Positions 9,301-16,739 of a DNA stretch of 64,000 nucleotides are shown here, piece after piece. The notes beneath the pieces are model-generated. The model was not told where the DNA came from. It did not search any database and was given only the letters and a program-made list of their open reading frames with translations. The stretch covers positions 397,882 to 461,881 of the forward strand of contig JBMORA010000009.1 of assembly GCA_049320885.1 (NCBI GenBank), given 5' to 3'. The stretch is from Thermodesulfobacteriota bacterium. GTDB taxonomy: Bacteria > Desulfobacterota > Desulfobacteria > Desulfobacterales > SURF-7. A program made the translations under genes and the position numbers. Position 1 is the stretch's first letter. Each line of letters begins with the position of its first letter.

Positions 9301-9992
9301 ACTTCGATGCGGAAAAAGCCGATCTGGCCCGTCAGATCGAGCGGGAACCCACGGGCGAGGAACTGGTCATGTACCTCAACCATCCGGCCGATGCCCTGAA
9401 AACCATCCGGTTCCGCCAGGAATTCGGCAACCCCAACCGCTTGCCTCTGGATGTCTGGTTCGAGGGACTAACCCCGGACCGGGAGCTTGTTTTCAATGAC
9501 AGCGACGGCAAACCTCACCGCATGGTCATCCTGGATATGGCGCCGGCCGATGCGGAAGGGGTGAGTCTGGTGCGCTATGCCCTGGATGACGAGACTTTCG
9601 CCTATCCGGTCAAAGTCGCGGCCGCCACGGGCGCTAAAACCGGCATTCTGGAAATGGCCGACCGGAACAATACGTTCCATGTCGGTTCTCCCAGCACCGG
9701 GGATCTGTGGGTCATGTATGTCAAGCCTGGCGATCTGGTGAAAAAAGGGGAGGAACTGTTCAACATCACCATCATGAAACAGGAGAAGGCGGTGCCGGCC
9801 CCCATGGACGGAATTGTGGAACGGGTATTAAAAACCGCCGATTTCAAGCACGACAAGAAAATGGTGCCGGTGCGGGAAGGCGAACTGCTGGTGGTGTTGG
9901 GGGCGGTACCGAAAAAATGCGCCGGCTGTCAGACCCCCATCCGGGAGGATAGTTTCCGTTTCTGCCCTTCCTGCGGCGCCTCCGTGGAATAA
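6303..9992 (+). CDS. pyc: Pyruvate carboxylase (BC-CT-BCCP), with C-terminal zinc-ribbon-like tail
   Basis: ILVANRG, GGGGRG, ERDCTIQRNHQK, IEVNTRLQVEH (BC); DTTPRD, LKDMAG, MPGG, VTPGSQ (CT); IMKQE biotinyl site. Confidence 0.93.
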   Translation: MSKSFEQVAAEIRGKKILVANRGITARRIMRSIREVFQAVPVLTVTDADKTAPFTAGAQELILLGENPRAYLSIDRIISLAKKHGISAVHPGWGFASEDSGFPQKCHEADLLFIGPTAEAMQLLGNKVKVRELASGIGIPVVPGSAGAVGIHEARKVATEMGLPVMLKAEGGGGGRGIYEVHDLEQLESAFIKASTLAQASFGNPRLFVEKLLTSVRHIEIQVIADHHGHVFAFDERDCTIQRNHQKLVEITPSPWPGMTPERRERLKRYAEKLVRAVGYHSLATVEFLVDGDGHEYLIEVNTRLQVEHGITECRYGVDLVEEQIAVAFGATLRFRPETTLPVSHAIQVRINCEDPRQGFAPNSGLITRYISPGGPGVRLDSCISGGYAFPPHYDSAAALLIAYGRDWEKTLAILDRSLNEYIIGGLKTTIPFHRRIINHPRFLSGNYDTRFIETTPELMVYRDVEPEAMRLSRLAAEISARGYNSFVQLGDYRGTQDKRMPPFAPVLPPLEESERSGSAYPRGDRKALLDYIRDSGLVHFTDTTPRDITQSNSGNRFRLAEDKLIGPYLDRCGFFSIENGGGAHFHVAMMANMTYPFNEARSWNQFAPKTLKQILVRSTNLLGYKPQPRNLMRLTGERICAHHDVIRCFDFLNHVDNMQPLAEVVMNSPGNVFEPAVSLSWAEGFDVPHYMGVVDAMVAMAADAGGLPEKAAVREFILGLKDMAGVCPPRFMRALVTAIRKKYPDLVIHYHRHFTDGLFVPACGAAAQAGAHILDTAIGAAVRWYGQGEVLSTAAYIEEELGLKTGVDREMIRACNFVLKQIMPYYDRYTAPYFRGIDHDVVFHGMPGGATSSSQEGAMKQGYINLLPYMLRYLAGTRRIVRYHDVTPGSQITWNTAFLAVTKAFQRGGEEEVRHLLWVLESVAGVPEDRLNAELKKERLILYRESNDAFRDLLMGRFGRLPLGFPPDWVYESVFGEKYRQLLPQRTQESPLASLVDVDFDAEKADLARQIEREPTGEELVMYLNHPADALKTIRFRQEFGNPNRLPLDVWFEGLTPDRELVFNDSDGKPHRMVILDMAPADAEGVSLVRYALDDETFAYPVKVAAATGAKTGILEMADRNNTFHVGSPSTGDLWVMYVKPGDLVKKGEELFNITIMKQEKAVPAPMDGIVERVLKTADFKHDKKMVPVREGELLVVLGAVPKKCAGCQTPIREDSFRFCPSCGASVE

Positions 9993-10003
9993 GTTTTTCA
10001 ATC

Positions 10004-10022
10004 CCCGCAACCTAAGTTGCCG
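10004..10022. promoter_or_regulatory. Palindromic enhancer-like site 1 (GCAAC-N4-GTTGC)
   Basis: CCCGCAACCTAAGTTGCCG, 17/19 identical to site 2. Confidence 0.55.
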
Positions 10023-10036
10023 TGTGAACCTTGCTT

Positions 10037-10074
10037 GCCCGTCCGGCAAATCCTTGCCGGACGGGCTTTTGTTT
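10037..10074 (+). terminator. Intrinsic terminator of pyc
   Basis: Perfect 13-bp stem GCCCGTCCGGCAA-atcc-TTGCCGGACGGGC followed by TTTTGTTT. Confidence 0.85.
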
Positions 10075-10090
10075 GCAACAGCCGCCCCGA

Positions 10091-10109
10091 CCCGCAACCT
10101 GGGTTGCCG
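10091..10109. promoter_or_regulatory. Palindromic enhancer-like site 2 (GCAAC-N4-GTTGC)
   Basis: CCCGCAACCTGGGTTGCCG, about 110 bp upstream of the predicted sigma-54 start site. Confidence 0.6.
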
Positions 10110-10186
10110 GGAATCCGGTTTTCCCTCGACCAGTTTTTTACTAATTAAATCCAAATAAATCAAATTAATAGCCGAATTCCTCCCCC

Positions 10187-10202
10187 TGGCACTCCCCTTG
10201 CT
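10187..10202 (+). promoter_or_regulatory. Sigma-54 (-24/-12) promoter
   Basis: TGGCAC-TCCCC-TTGCT with exact GG-N10-GC spacing; preceded by an AT-rich, IHF-like tract at 10135-10170. Confidence 0.8.
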
Positions 10203-10242
10203 CTACTACCGGCCAACGCTCACAACAACAGGGGGAATCACC

Positions 10243-11910
10243 ATGGCAACCATCACCTTCACCGACAAACTTCCGACCATCGAAACCATCACCCGGATGC
10301 TCATTCAGGAAGCGCTCAAACGCGCCGGCGGCGACAAGAGCGCCGCTGCCAAAATGCTGGGCCTTTCGGAAAAAAACCTGGGAAACCAGCTCAAGAAATG
10401 GCGCTCCATGGTCGGACAGGCCATGCTGGTTCTGTGCCTGCTTTTCACGGCCCCCGGAGCCCGGGCCGATGAAACCGGCGGCTTCGTGGACGGACAGGTG
10501 GTGGTCCGTTTCCAGGCCGATGCCCATCCGGCCGATATCGACGCCCTGATCCGGGATCGCGGCCTGGCGGTCCATGAACAAATCGACGCCATTCAGTATT
10601 ATGTCCTGATCCTGCCGCCTGGTGCGAGCGTTATGGAAACGGTGGCCGAGCTGAAGAAAAACCCCCTGGTCAGCGCCTGTGAGCCCAATTACGACCATGA
10701 AACCCTGGATTTCCCCAACGACGAGCTGTTCCCCCGGCAATGGAGCCTGGACAATCCCGAAACAGGCGGCTCCGGCATGGCCGTCACCAAGGCCTGGGAA
10801 GTGGAAGCGGGCAGCAGCGACATCATCGTGGCGGTCATCGACATGGGCTTCGACCTGACCCATGAGGACCTCCAGGCCAACCTCTGGCGCAATCCGGGCG
10901 AAATCGAGAACAACGGTGTGGACGACGACCGCAACGGCTATGTGGACGATATCACGGGCTGGGATTTCGTCAACCAGCCGGTGGGCCTCGAGGAACCGGC
11001 CAACGATTACCGGGATGAGGACAACGACCCCACCTTCCGGCTCTCCTCCCACGGCAACCGGGTCCAGGGCATCATCGGCGCCACCACCGGCAACGGCATC
11101 GGCATCGCCGGCATCGCCGGCAAGAGCCGGGTGATGCTCATCCGCGCCGGGTACATGAACACCGAAGGCAACGCGGTGCTGAGCTCCTCCCATGTGGCCA
11201 AGGGCGTGATCTATGCCGCGGACAACGGCGCCCGGGTGATCAACATCAGTTCGGGCAGCGATCGCTACAGCAACAGCTACAAGGCGGCCCTGGAATACGC
11301 CGCGAGCAAGGGGGTCCTGATCGTCTGCAGCGCCGGCAACGAAGGCTCGGGCTCCCTGGTGTACCCGGCGGCCTACGATATCCCCGGCCTGATCTCCGTG
11401 GGCGCCACGGACAAGAATGACGGCAAATCCTGGTTCTCCAACTTCGGCGACTGGGTGGACGTGTCCGCCCCGGGTCAGAACATCGTCACCACCCTTCTGG
11501 ACAACGGCTACGGCGAAACCCAGGGCACCTCCTTCTCCGCGCCCATGGTGGCGGCCACTGCGGCCTTGATCTTCGCCCGCTACCCCTTGTGGACCCCGGC
11601 CCGGGTGAAGGACCAGATCATGAATACCGTGGATGTGGCGGCCGGCCTTTCCGGCGCTAACCTGACCTCCGGCCGGATCAACGCCTATCGGGCCTTGACC
11701 GCCGATCCCGCCTCCTTCGGGGAAGAGACGGAAACCACCCGCACCCAGGCCTCGACGGCACAGGCTCCTGCGGCGGAGGAAGGCGGCTCGGGCGGCGGCG
11801 GTTGCTTCATCGCCTCCACCACCACGGAATATCCTGCAACGGGCATGCTGCCGATGGGTCTGCTCCTCTTGATCGCCGCGGTCTTCCGGCCGGTGCGGAA
11901 AAAAGGATAG
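10243..11910 (+). CDS. S8 (subtilase) serine peptidase with N-terminal Fis-type HTH, signal peptide, propeptide and C-terminal Gly-rich/CFI sorting-anchor segment
   Basis: VAVIDMG (Asp), SHGNRVQG (His), SAGNE (oxyanion Asn), GTSFSAP (Ser); DDDRNGYVDDI.GWDF Ca-binding loop; N-terminal LIQEALKRAGGDKSAAAKMLGLS; C-terminal GGSGGGGCFI + hydrophobic helix + RPVRKKG. Confidence 0.9.
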   Translation: MATITFTDKLPTIETITRMLIQEALKRAGGDKSAAAKMLGLSEKNLGNQLKKWRSMVGQAMLVLCLLFTAPGARADETGGFVDGQVVVRFQADAHPADIDALIRDRGLAVHEQIDAIQYYVLILPPGASVMETVAELKKNPLVSACEPNYDHETLDFPNDELFPRQWSLDNPETGGSGMAVTKAWEVEAGSSDIIVAVIDMGFDLTHEDLQANLWRNPGEIENNGVDDDRNGYVDDITGWDFVNQPVGLEEPANDYRDEDNDPTFRLSSHGNRVQGIIGATTGNGIGIAGIAGKSRVMLIRAGYMNTEGNAVLSSSHVAKGVIYAADNGARVINISSGSDRYSNSYKAALEYAASKGVLIVCSAGNEGSGSLVYPAAYDIPGLISVGATDKNDGKSWFSNFGDWVDVSAPGQNIVTTLLDNGYGETQGTSFSAPMVAATAALIFARYPLWTPARVKDQIMNTVDVAAGLSGANLTSGRINAYRALTADPASFGEETETTRTQASTAQAPAAEEGGSGGGGCFIASTTTEYPATGMLPMGLLLLIAAVFRPVRKKG

Positions 11911-11936
11911 GGCGCTTCCGGGGGACCGTCGGTTTC

Positions 11937-11990
11937 AGGCGGTTTCCACCGGGCCGGGGAAGTTCGATCCCGGCCGGTTGGAAACCGCTT
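11937..11990. terminator. Long hairpin between convergent genes (probable bidirectional terminator)
   Basis: AGGCGGTTTCCACCGGGCCGGGGA-agttcga-TCCCGGCCGGTTGGAAACCGCTT, an imperfect stem of about 22 bp. Confidence 0.55.
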
Positions 11991-12007
11991 CGGTTTTATG
12001 GGGCGGG

Positions 12008-14251
12008 TCAGAAACCGGCCGTTTCCAGGCGGCAGGGCACAAACCGATGGATGGGCGTGCCCATGGGGTCACGATGGGTATTCTTGGTCAGGCGGTTCAC
12101 ATTGATGCCGTGCACCTTGCCGTCGTAAATCAACCCGAAGCCGTGGGGGATCAGCACCATGCCGGGGCGGACCTGCTCGCTGACCTCGATTTCGCCGACT
12201 TCACTGGCGGCCGCGGTGGTCACCCGGGCCCGTTGCCCGTCCGTAAAACCCAAAGCCGCCGCATCCGCCGGGTTGATGGCGATGGTGCAGTCCCGTTTGC
12301 CCTTGTCCCATTCCGGATTGCGCATCAGGGTATTGATGTTGTATCGCGTGTGGCGCCCGGCGTTCAGGATCAGGGGGAATTCCTCCGGCATCCGCAGGGC
12401 CGCGGTCTCGCCGTCGGCGGTCAGCTCGCGGGTGGCTGCTTCCATTTCCGGGATGTAGACCTCGATTTTGCCGGACGGGGTCGGCAGGGCGGCTATGTTT
12501 TCATCCGGATCGACTTTTCCCGCCCAGATGCCCTGGGGGGTATCCAGCAGGGCCTGGAAAAGGCGGTCCCCCTGGTCGATCCCCGGCGCGAATCCGGCCC
12601 GGGCGGCATTCTTGCGGAAGGTCTTGGGCGCGGTCATGAGCAGGCCCCAGAGGGCCGCCTTGGCGGCGCTGTCCCATACCCGGCCCAAGGTTTTGGCCAG
12701 CACGAAGGGCATGCGGGACAGGGCGGCGGGCTCCCGGGCGGCCCATTCCATCAGCTTGGCGCCGAAGGTCAGCCGGTCGGCTTCCGCCGCCTGTTGCAGT
12801 TCGGGGGGGATTTCCGGGATCAGGCCCAGCCGGTCGGCCAGCCGCGTGAAAATCTGGGAGGCTTCCAGGCACTGGTCCGGCGGATCGACGATGGGCCGGC
12901 GCAGCTGCAGAAAGACCTCCGGAAACGTCCAGGGGAAAAAAGTCGTGTCCCAGGACTCGTAAAAAGTCCGGCAGGGCAACACATAGTGGGCCAGCCGCGC
13001 GGTTTCGCTCATGACCATGTCGTTGACCACCAGGAGATCGAGTTTGGCAAAGGCTTTTTCGTATGCGCCGGTGTCGGGGTAGGAGCGCAGGGGGTTGCAG
13101 GCGCTCACATACACCGCCCGTAGCCGGTCGGGTTGGTCGCTGAGGATTTCCTCGGGCATCACCGCCGGAGGAAAGGAACCGGCGGCCGCCGGCGGCATGC
13201 CGGTGGCGACGGTCCGCCAGATTTTCGGATCGCGCTCGTCGGCGTGGAAACCCATGGGCATGACCATGCCGGGGATGACGTTGCCGCCCCGCACGCCGAA
13301 AATACCGCAGACGGTTCCTAGGATATTCATCAGGTAGGAGTTGAGGGTACTGTTGCGGCCCATGTAAATGCCGAGATCCGGATGCATGCACCAGCGCCTG
13401 GTGGTCATCAGCCGGCAGAGATGCAGAACCTGGTCGTAATCGAGCTCGCAGACCTTGACGGCGGCGCGGCTGTCGAATCCGGTGAACCAGGGCCGGATGC
13501 GGTCCCATCCCTCGACATGCGTATCGATATAGTCTTGGTTCTCCCAGCCCTGTTCGATGATCATGGCGATCATGGCCTTGATCAGCAGGGCGTCGGCGCC
13601 GGGCCTTACCGGCAGGTGAAGGTCGGCGACGGCGGCGGTTTCGGTCTTGCGCGGATCGATGATCACCAGCAGGCGGCCGGGGTCCTTGCTGAAGGCTTTC
13701 AAGACCTTCGGCGCCCGGGGCATCTGGTGGCTTTCCATGCCGTTCCAGCCCCAGCCGACCAGCATTTCCGAGGTCTGCTCGTCGGGCACGGCCACATTGT
13801 ACTGCCGGCCCAGCATGCGGCCCAGGAGCCACCAGATGCCGCTGAATTCCTGGCCGGCGGAGGAGTAGTAATAGTGGGAGCCCAGGTTGCGGAGGATGCT
13901 CAGACCGAAGGCCGCCTCCATATGCCCGCCCTGGGAGCTGCCGCCCATATACGCCAGGCAGCGCGGTCCATGCCGGTCCACCAGGGCGCGCAGCTTGTCG
14001 GCGATTTCCCCGATGGCCTGATCCCAGGATATGGGCACCAGGCGGTCGCCTTCCCGTTTCAAGGGTTCGGTCAGGCGGTCCGCCGGATACTGGTGATAGA
14101 GCACATTGAGCCCCTTGCGGCAGGCGTAACCCTGACTGCGGAGGTTTTCCGGGTCCGGCCGCACCTTGACCATCCGGTTGTTTTCCACCAAAATTTCCAA
14201 CCCGCAATTTTGGGCGCACAGCACGCAGCCGGTTTTATGCCATCCGTTCAT
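12008..14251 (-). CDS. Molybdopterin-dependent (DMSO reductase family) oxidoreductase, cytoplasmic
   Basis: N-terminal CxxCxxxC..C-x-K 4Fe-4S motif; IDPRKTETA, VRPGAD, SETA.LA.YVLP; C-terminal INP.DA..LG..G molydopterin-binding domain; no Tat signal seen. Confidence 0.9.
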   Translation of the reverse strand: MNGWHKTGCVLCAQNCGLEILVENNRMVKVRPDPENLRSQGYACRKGLNVLYHQYPADRLTEPLKREGDRLVPISWDQAIGEIADKLRALVDRHGPRCLAYMGGSSQGGHMEAAFGLSILRNLGSHYYYSSAGQEFSGIWWLLGRMLGRQYNVAVPDEQTSEMLVGWGWNGMESHQMPRAPKVLKAFSKDPGRLLVIIDPRKTETAAVADLHLPVRPGADALLIKAMIAMIIEQGWENQDYIDTHVEGWDRIRPWFTGFDSRAAVKVCELDYDQVLHLCRLMTTRRWCMHPDLGIYMGRNSTLNSYLMNILGTVCGIFGVRGGNVIPGMVMPMGFHADERDPKIWRTVATGMPPAAAGSFPPAVMPEEILSDQPDRLRAVYVSACNPLRSYPDTGAYEKAFAKLDLLVVNDMVMSETARLAHYVLPCRTFYESWDTTFFPWTFPEVFLQLRRPIVDPPDQCLEASQIFTRLADRLGLIPEIPPELQQAAEADRLTFGAKLMEWAAREPAALSRMPFVLAKTLGRVWDSAAKAALWGLLMTAPKTFRKNAARAGFAPGIDQGDRLFQALLDTPQGIWAGKVDPDENIAALPTPSGKIEVYIPEMEAATRELTADGETAALRMPEEFPLILNAGRHTRYNINTLMRNPEWDKGKRDCTIAINPADAAALGFTDGQRARVTTAAASEVGEIEVSEQVRPGMVLIPHGFGLIYDGKVHGINVNRLTKNTHRDPMGTPIHRFVPCRLETAGF

Positions 14252-14270
14252 ATTCCCATCCTCTGGTTTT

Positions 14271-16034
14271 TCAGGCGGTCCGGGGCGCCCGTTTCTCATG
14301 AAGCACCGCAAGCTTTTCGTTCAGGTAAAGTTCCTTGTAGTGCCGCCGCCGGGGCTTACCGCTGGAAGTCTTCTCCAGACTGCGAGGCTCCACGAACACC
14401 ACGGATCGCAGCGACAGGCCGTGCCCGGCGGACACGGCGCCCTGGACGGTCTTTACGGCCGAAGCCCAGAACTCATTCAGGGCTGCCGCTTTCGGGCCTG
14501 CGGCCTGTGCATCCGCGGGCAGCCTGCGTTCATCGGCTTCCGCTACAATTACAAGCTCTTCTACGCCGTTTATACATTCCGAGAAGGCCGCGCAGGCCCC
14601 CAGGCGAACCGGGGCTCCGGATTGCTGCACGGTGAGTTCGATATCGTTCGGGTAGTGGTTTCTTCCGGCGATGATGATCATGTCCTTCAAGCGGCCGGTC
14701 AGGTAGACCTCGCCGTCCATAACGAAGCCCAGATCCCCGGTGCGGAGAAAGGGTCCCTCGTCCGTGTCGGCGAGACGCCCTTCAAATGTGGCCGCGGATT
14801 CCTCCGTCAGTCCCCAATAGCCGCCGGGAACACTGGGACCCTGCACCCACAGCTCACCTACCCGGTCGGGGGGGGATTGGGTGAGGGTGACGGGGTCCAC
14901 GGCGATCACGCGGTGGCCGGAGCCCGGGCTTCCGCAACTGACGACAGGGCGTCCGCCGGATTCTTTGCCGGCCAGGACGCGGACAGTATGCTTCTCCAGG
15001 TCCGCTGCGCTCAACGTGAGCACCTTGGGCGGATCGGACAGCGACTTCAGCCCGGCCACGAAGAGCACGGATTCAGCCATGCCGTAGGTGGGCATGAAGG
15101 TCTGCGGCCGAAACCCGTACGGCCCGAATTTCTGGATGAAAGCCGCCATTGTCTGCTGGAGGACCGGCTCCCCGCCATTTCCCGCCACGATCCAGTGGCT
15201 CAGGTCCAGACCCTCGCAGTCTTCGACTTTGATCCGCCGCGCCGCGTATTCGTAGCCGAAGTTCGGACAGGCGGTGTTGGCGATTTTGTAGTGGCTCATG
15301 GCGCGCAGCCACCGCAGCGGCTTCAGGAGAAAATCCATGGGCGACATCAGGGTGGACTCATACCCGTAGTACACCGGGCCCAATACGTGGCCGACCAGGC
15401 ACAGATCGTGATAGTGGGGCGCCCACACCATAGCCGGTTTCGTTGACGTGAGGCGCAACATCTGACCCATCACGCGGAGGTTCGAAACGGCATTGGCGTG
15501 GCTGACAGCCACCCCTTTGGGGTGACCGGTGGAGCCTGACGTGAACTGCAAATAGGCAACCGCGTTCATTTCCGTCCGCGGGCCGGCCCAGTCGGTCGCA
15601 ACCTGATCGGTCACGGCCCTCAGGTTGACGGGCAGATCGGGCGCCATCATCGCGACCATGGCCGCCAACTGCTGATTGGTCAAGACGGTCGTGGCGCCGC
15701 AGGCCCTGGCGGTGTTCAGGATCTTGCCGAGGGGGTTCTTGCTGTTCGGATTCGGCAGTGGGACCGGAACCGCCCGCGCCCCCGCTAGGAGGCAGCCGAA
15801 GAAGGCCTTCACGAAGTCGAGGCCCGGAGGAAAGGCCAGCAGGACGCTCGAGCCCGCGAGACCCTGTTCAATCAGGTCTTCGGCCACCCCGGCACTTTGT
15901 TGATAAAGTTCAGAGAAAGTCCACTCCGTGATCGGTCCGTTCAATTCACCGTTGCTCATAAACCGAAAGGCCAGGTCGTCCGCGTTTCTCGTGGCCCGGT
16001 CTTTCAAAAAGTCGATGATGGTCATATTAATCAA
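14271..16034 (-). CDS. Fatty acyl-AMP ligase (FAAL)
   Basis: YLQFTSGSTGHPKG, YGMAES.LFV, FLRTGDLGF, GRLKD.III.GRNHYP.DIE, KTSSGK; FAAL-type insertion after YGMAE; AAGGAGG SD before TTG 16034. Confidence 0.9.
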   Translation of the reverse strand: MINMTIIDFLKDRATRNADDLAFRFMSNGELNGPITEWTFSELYQQSAGVAEDLIEQGLAGSSVLLAFPPGLDFVKAFFGCLLAGARAVPVPLPNPNSKNPLGKILNTARACGATTVLTNQQLAAMVAMMAPDLPVNLRAVTDQVATDWAGPRTEMNAVAYLQFTSGSTGHPKGVAVSHANAVSNLRVMGQMLRLTSTKPAMVWAPHYHDLCLVGHVLGPVYYGYESTLMSPMDFLLKPLRWLRAMSHYKIANTACPNFGYEYAARRIKVEDCEGLDLSHWIVAGNGGEPVLQQTMAAFIQKFGPYGFRPQTFMPTYGMAESVLFVAGLKSLSDPPKVLTLSAADLEKHTVRVLAGKESGGRPVVSCGSPGSGHRVIAVDPVTLTQSPPDRVGELWVQGPSVPGGYWGLTEESAATFEGRLADTDEGPFLRTGDLGFVMDGEVYLTGRLKDMIIIAGRNHYPNDIELTVQQSGAPVRLGACAAFSECINGVEELVIVAEADERRLPADAQAAGPKAAALNEFWASAVKTVQGAVSAGHGLSLRSVVFVEPRSLEKTSSGKPRRRHYKELYLNEKLAVLHEKRAPRTA

Positions 16035-16227
16035 GGAAAACCTCCTTAGAATTCAGTATCGGTTATCTTTTTCTTACCGAGAATATGATTACCAAATATA
16101 TATGGGGATTGTAAAGAGGTTGTTCCGGAGGTTGTTTGATGTGATTTGCATCCCTTTCCGGATGAAAAAGATGGTTTCCAGTTTACGGATATGGATGTCT
16201 TTCCAGCGACCGCAGGTTCCACTTTCG

Positions 16228-16452
16228 TCAGGGGTTCATCCGGGAATCCAAATGGGGGTTCTGAGAATCCAACAAATCGAGTTTTTCAACCTGCCGGATA
16301 GGAGGTCCGAAAATCCGGCTAAGCAATTCAAGCAAGTTCGCCTCCGCCGTTGCGCGCCGTTCCCTGGCCTTTGCCATCCGCACGAGGTTGTCGCCGATTT
16401 TGGTGATCTGAGACTCGATATCCATCAGAAGCTTTTCGTCCTGTGTATTCAT
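16228..16452 (-). CDS. Small hypothetical protein (helical/coiled-coil)
   Basis: 74 aa ORF with GAGGTG SD and amphipathic helical pattern. Confidence 0.5.
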   Translation of the reverse strand: MNTQDEKLLMDIESQITKIGDNLVRMAKARERRATAEANLLELLSRIFGPPIRQVEKLDLLDSQNPHLDSRMNP

Positions 16453-16605
16453 CGGTCACCTCATGGTAGTGGAGGGATATTCGGTTGACCTCGCCAATTT
16501 CAAGCTGTCTGACTGTCTGGAGATTTTTTCCCTTGCTGCTTTGCGCGAGCCGGAAAAACAAAAAAGGGCTTGGAAGCATGCCCGCTTAAAAGCCCATGTG
16601 GTTTC

Positions 16606-16680
16606 TGGTAGGCGGTACTGGATTTGAACCAGTGACTTCTACCGTGTGAAGGTAGCACTCTCCCGCTGAGTTAACCGCCC
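16606..16680 (-). tRNA. tRNA-Val(CAC)
   Basis: Reverse complement GGGCGGTTAACTCAGCGGGAGAGTGCTACCTT-CAC-ACGGTAGAAGTCACTGGTTCAAATCCAGTACCGCCTACCA; full cloverleaf with encoded CCA. Confidence 0.97.
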
Positions 16681-16739
16681 GGGGTGGTCGACAAACGTCT
16701 GTCGAATGAAGCGCACTAGACCGATTCCGGCTCGTGTTG

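Noticed and set aside
6312..9383. 436-aa and 513-aa minus-strand ORFs
   Set aside because: Antisense shadows of pyc.
12501..15446. 572-aa, 417-aa and 426-aa alternative-frame ORFs
   Set aside because: They overlap the Mo-oxidoreductase or FAAL; their R/P/G-rich composition is typical of off-frame GC-rich sequence.
1..16605. Intact genomic island or prophage integrated at tRNA-Val
   Set aside because: No integrase, phage genes or direct repeat of the tRNA 3' end seen; the region includes core-type birA-pyc.
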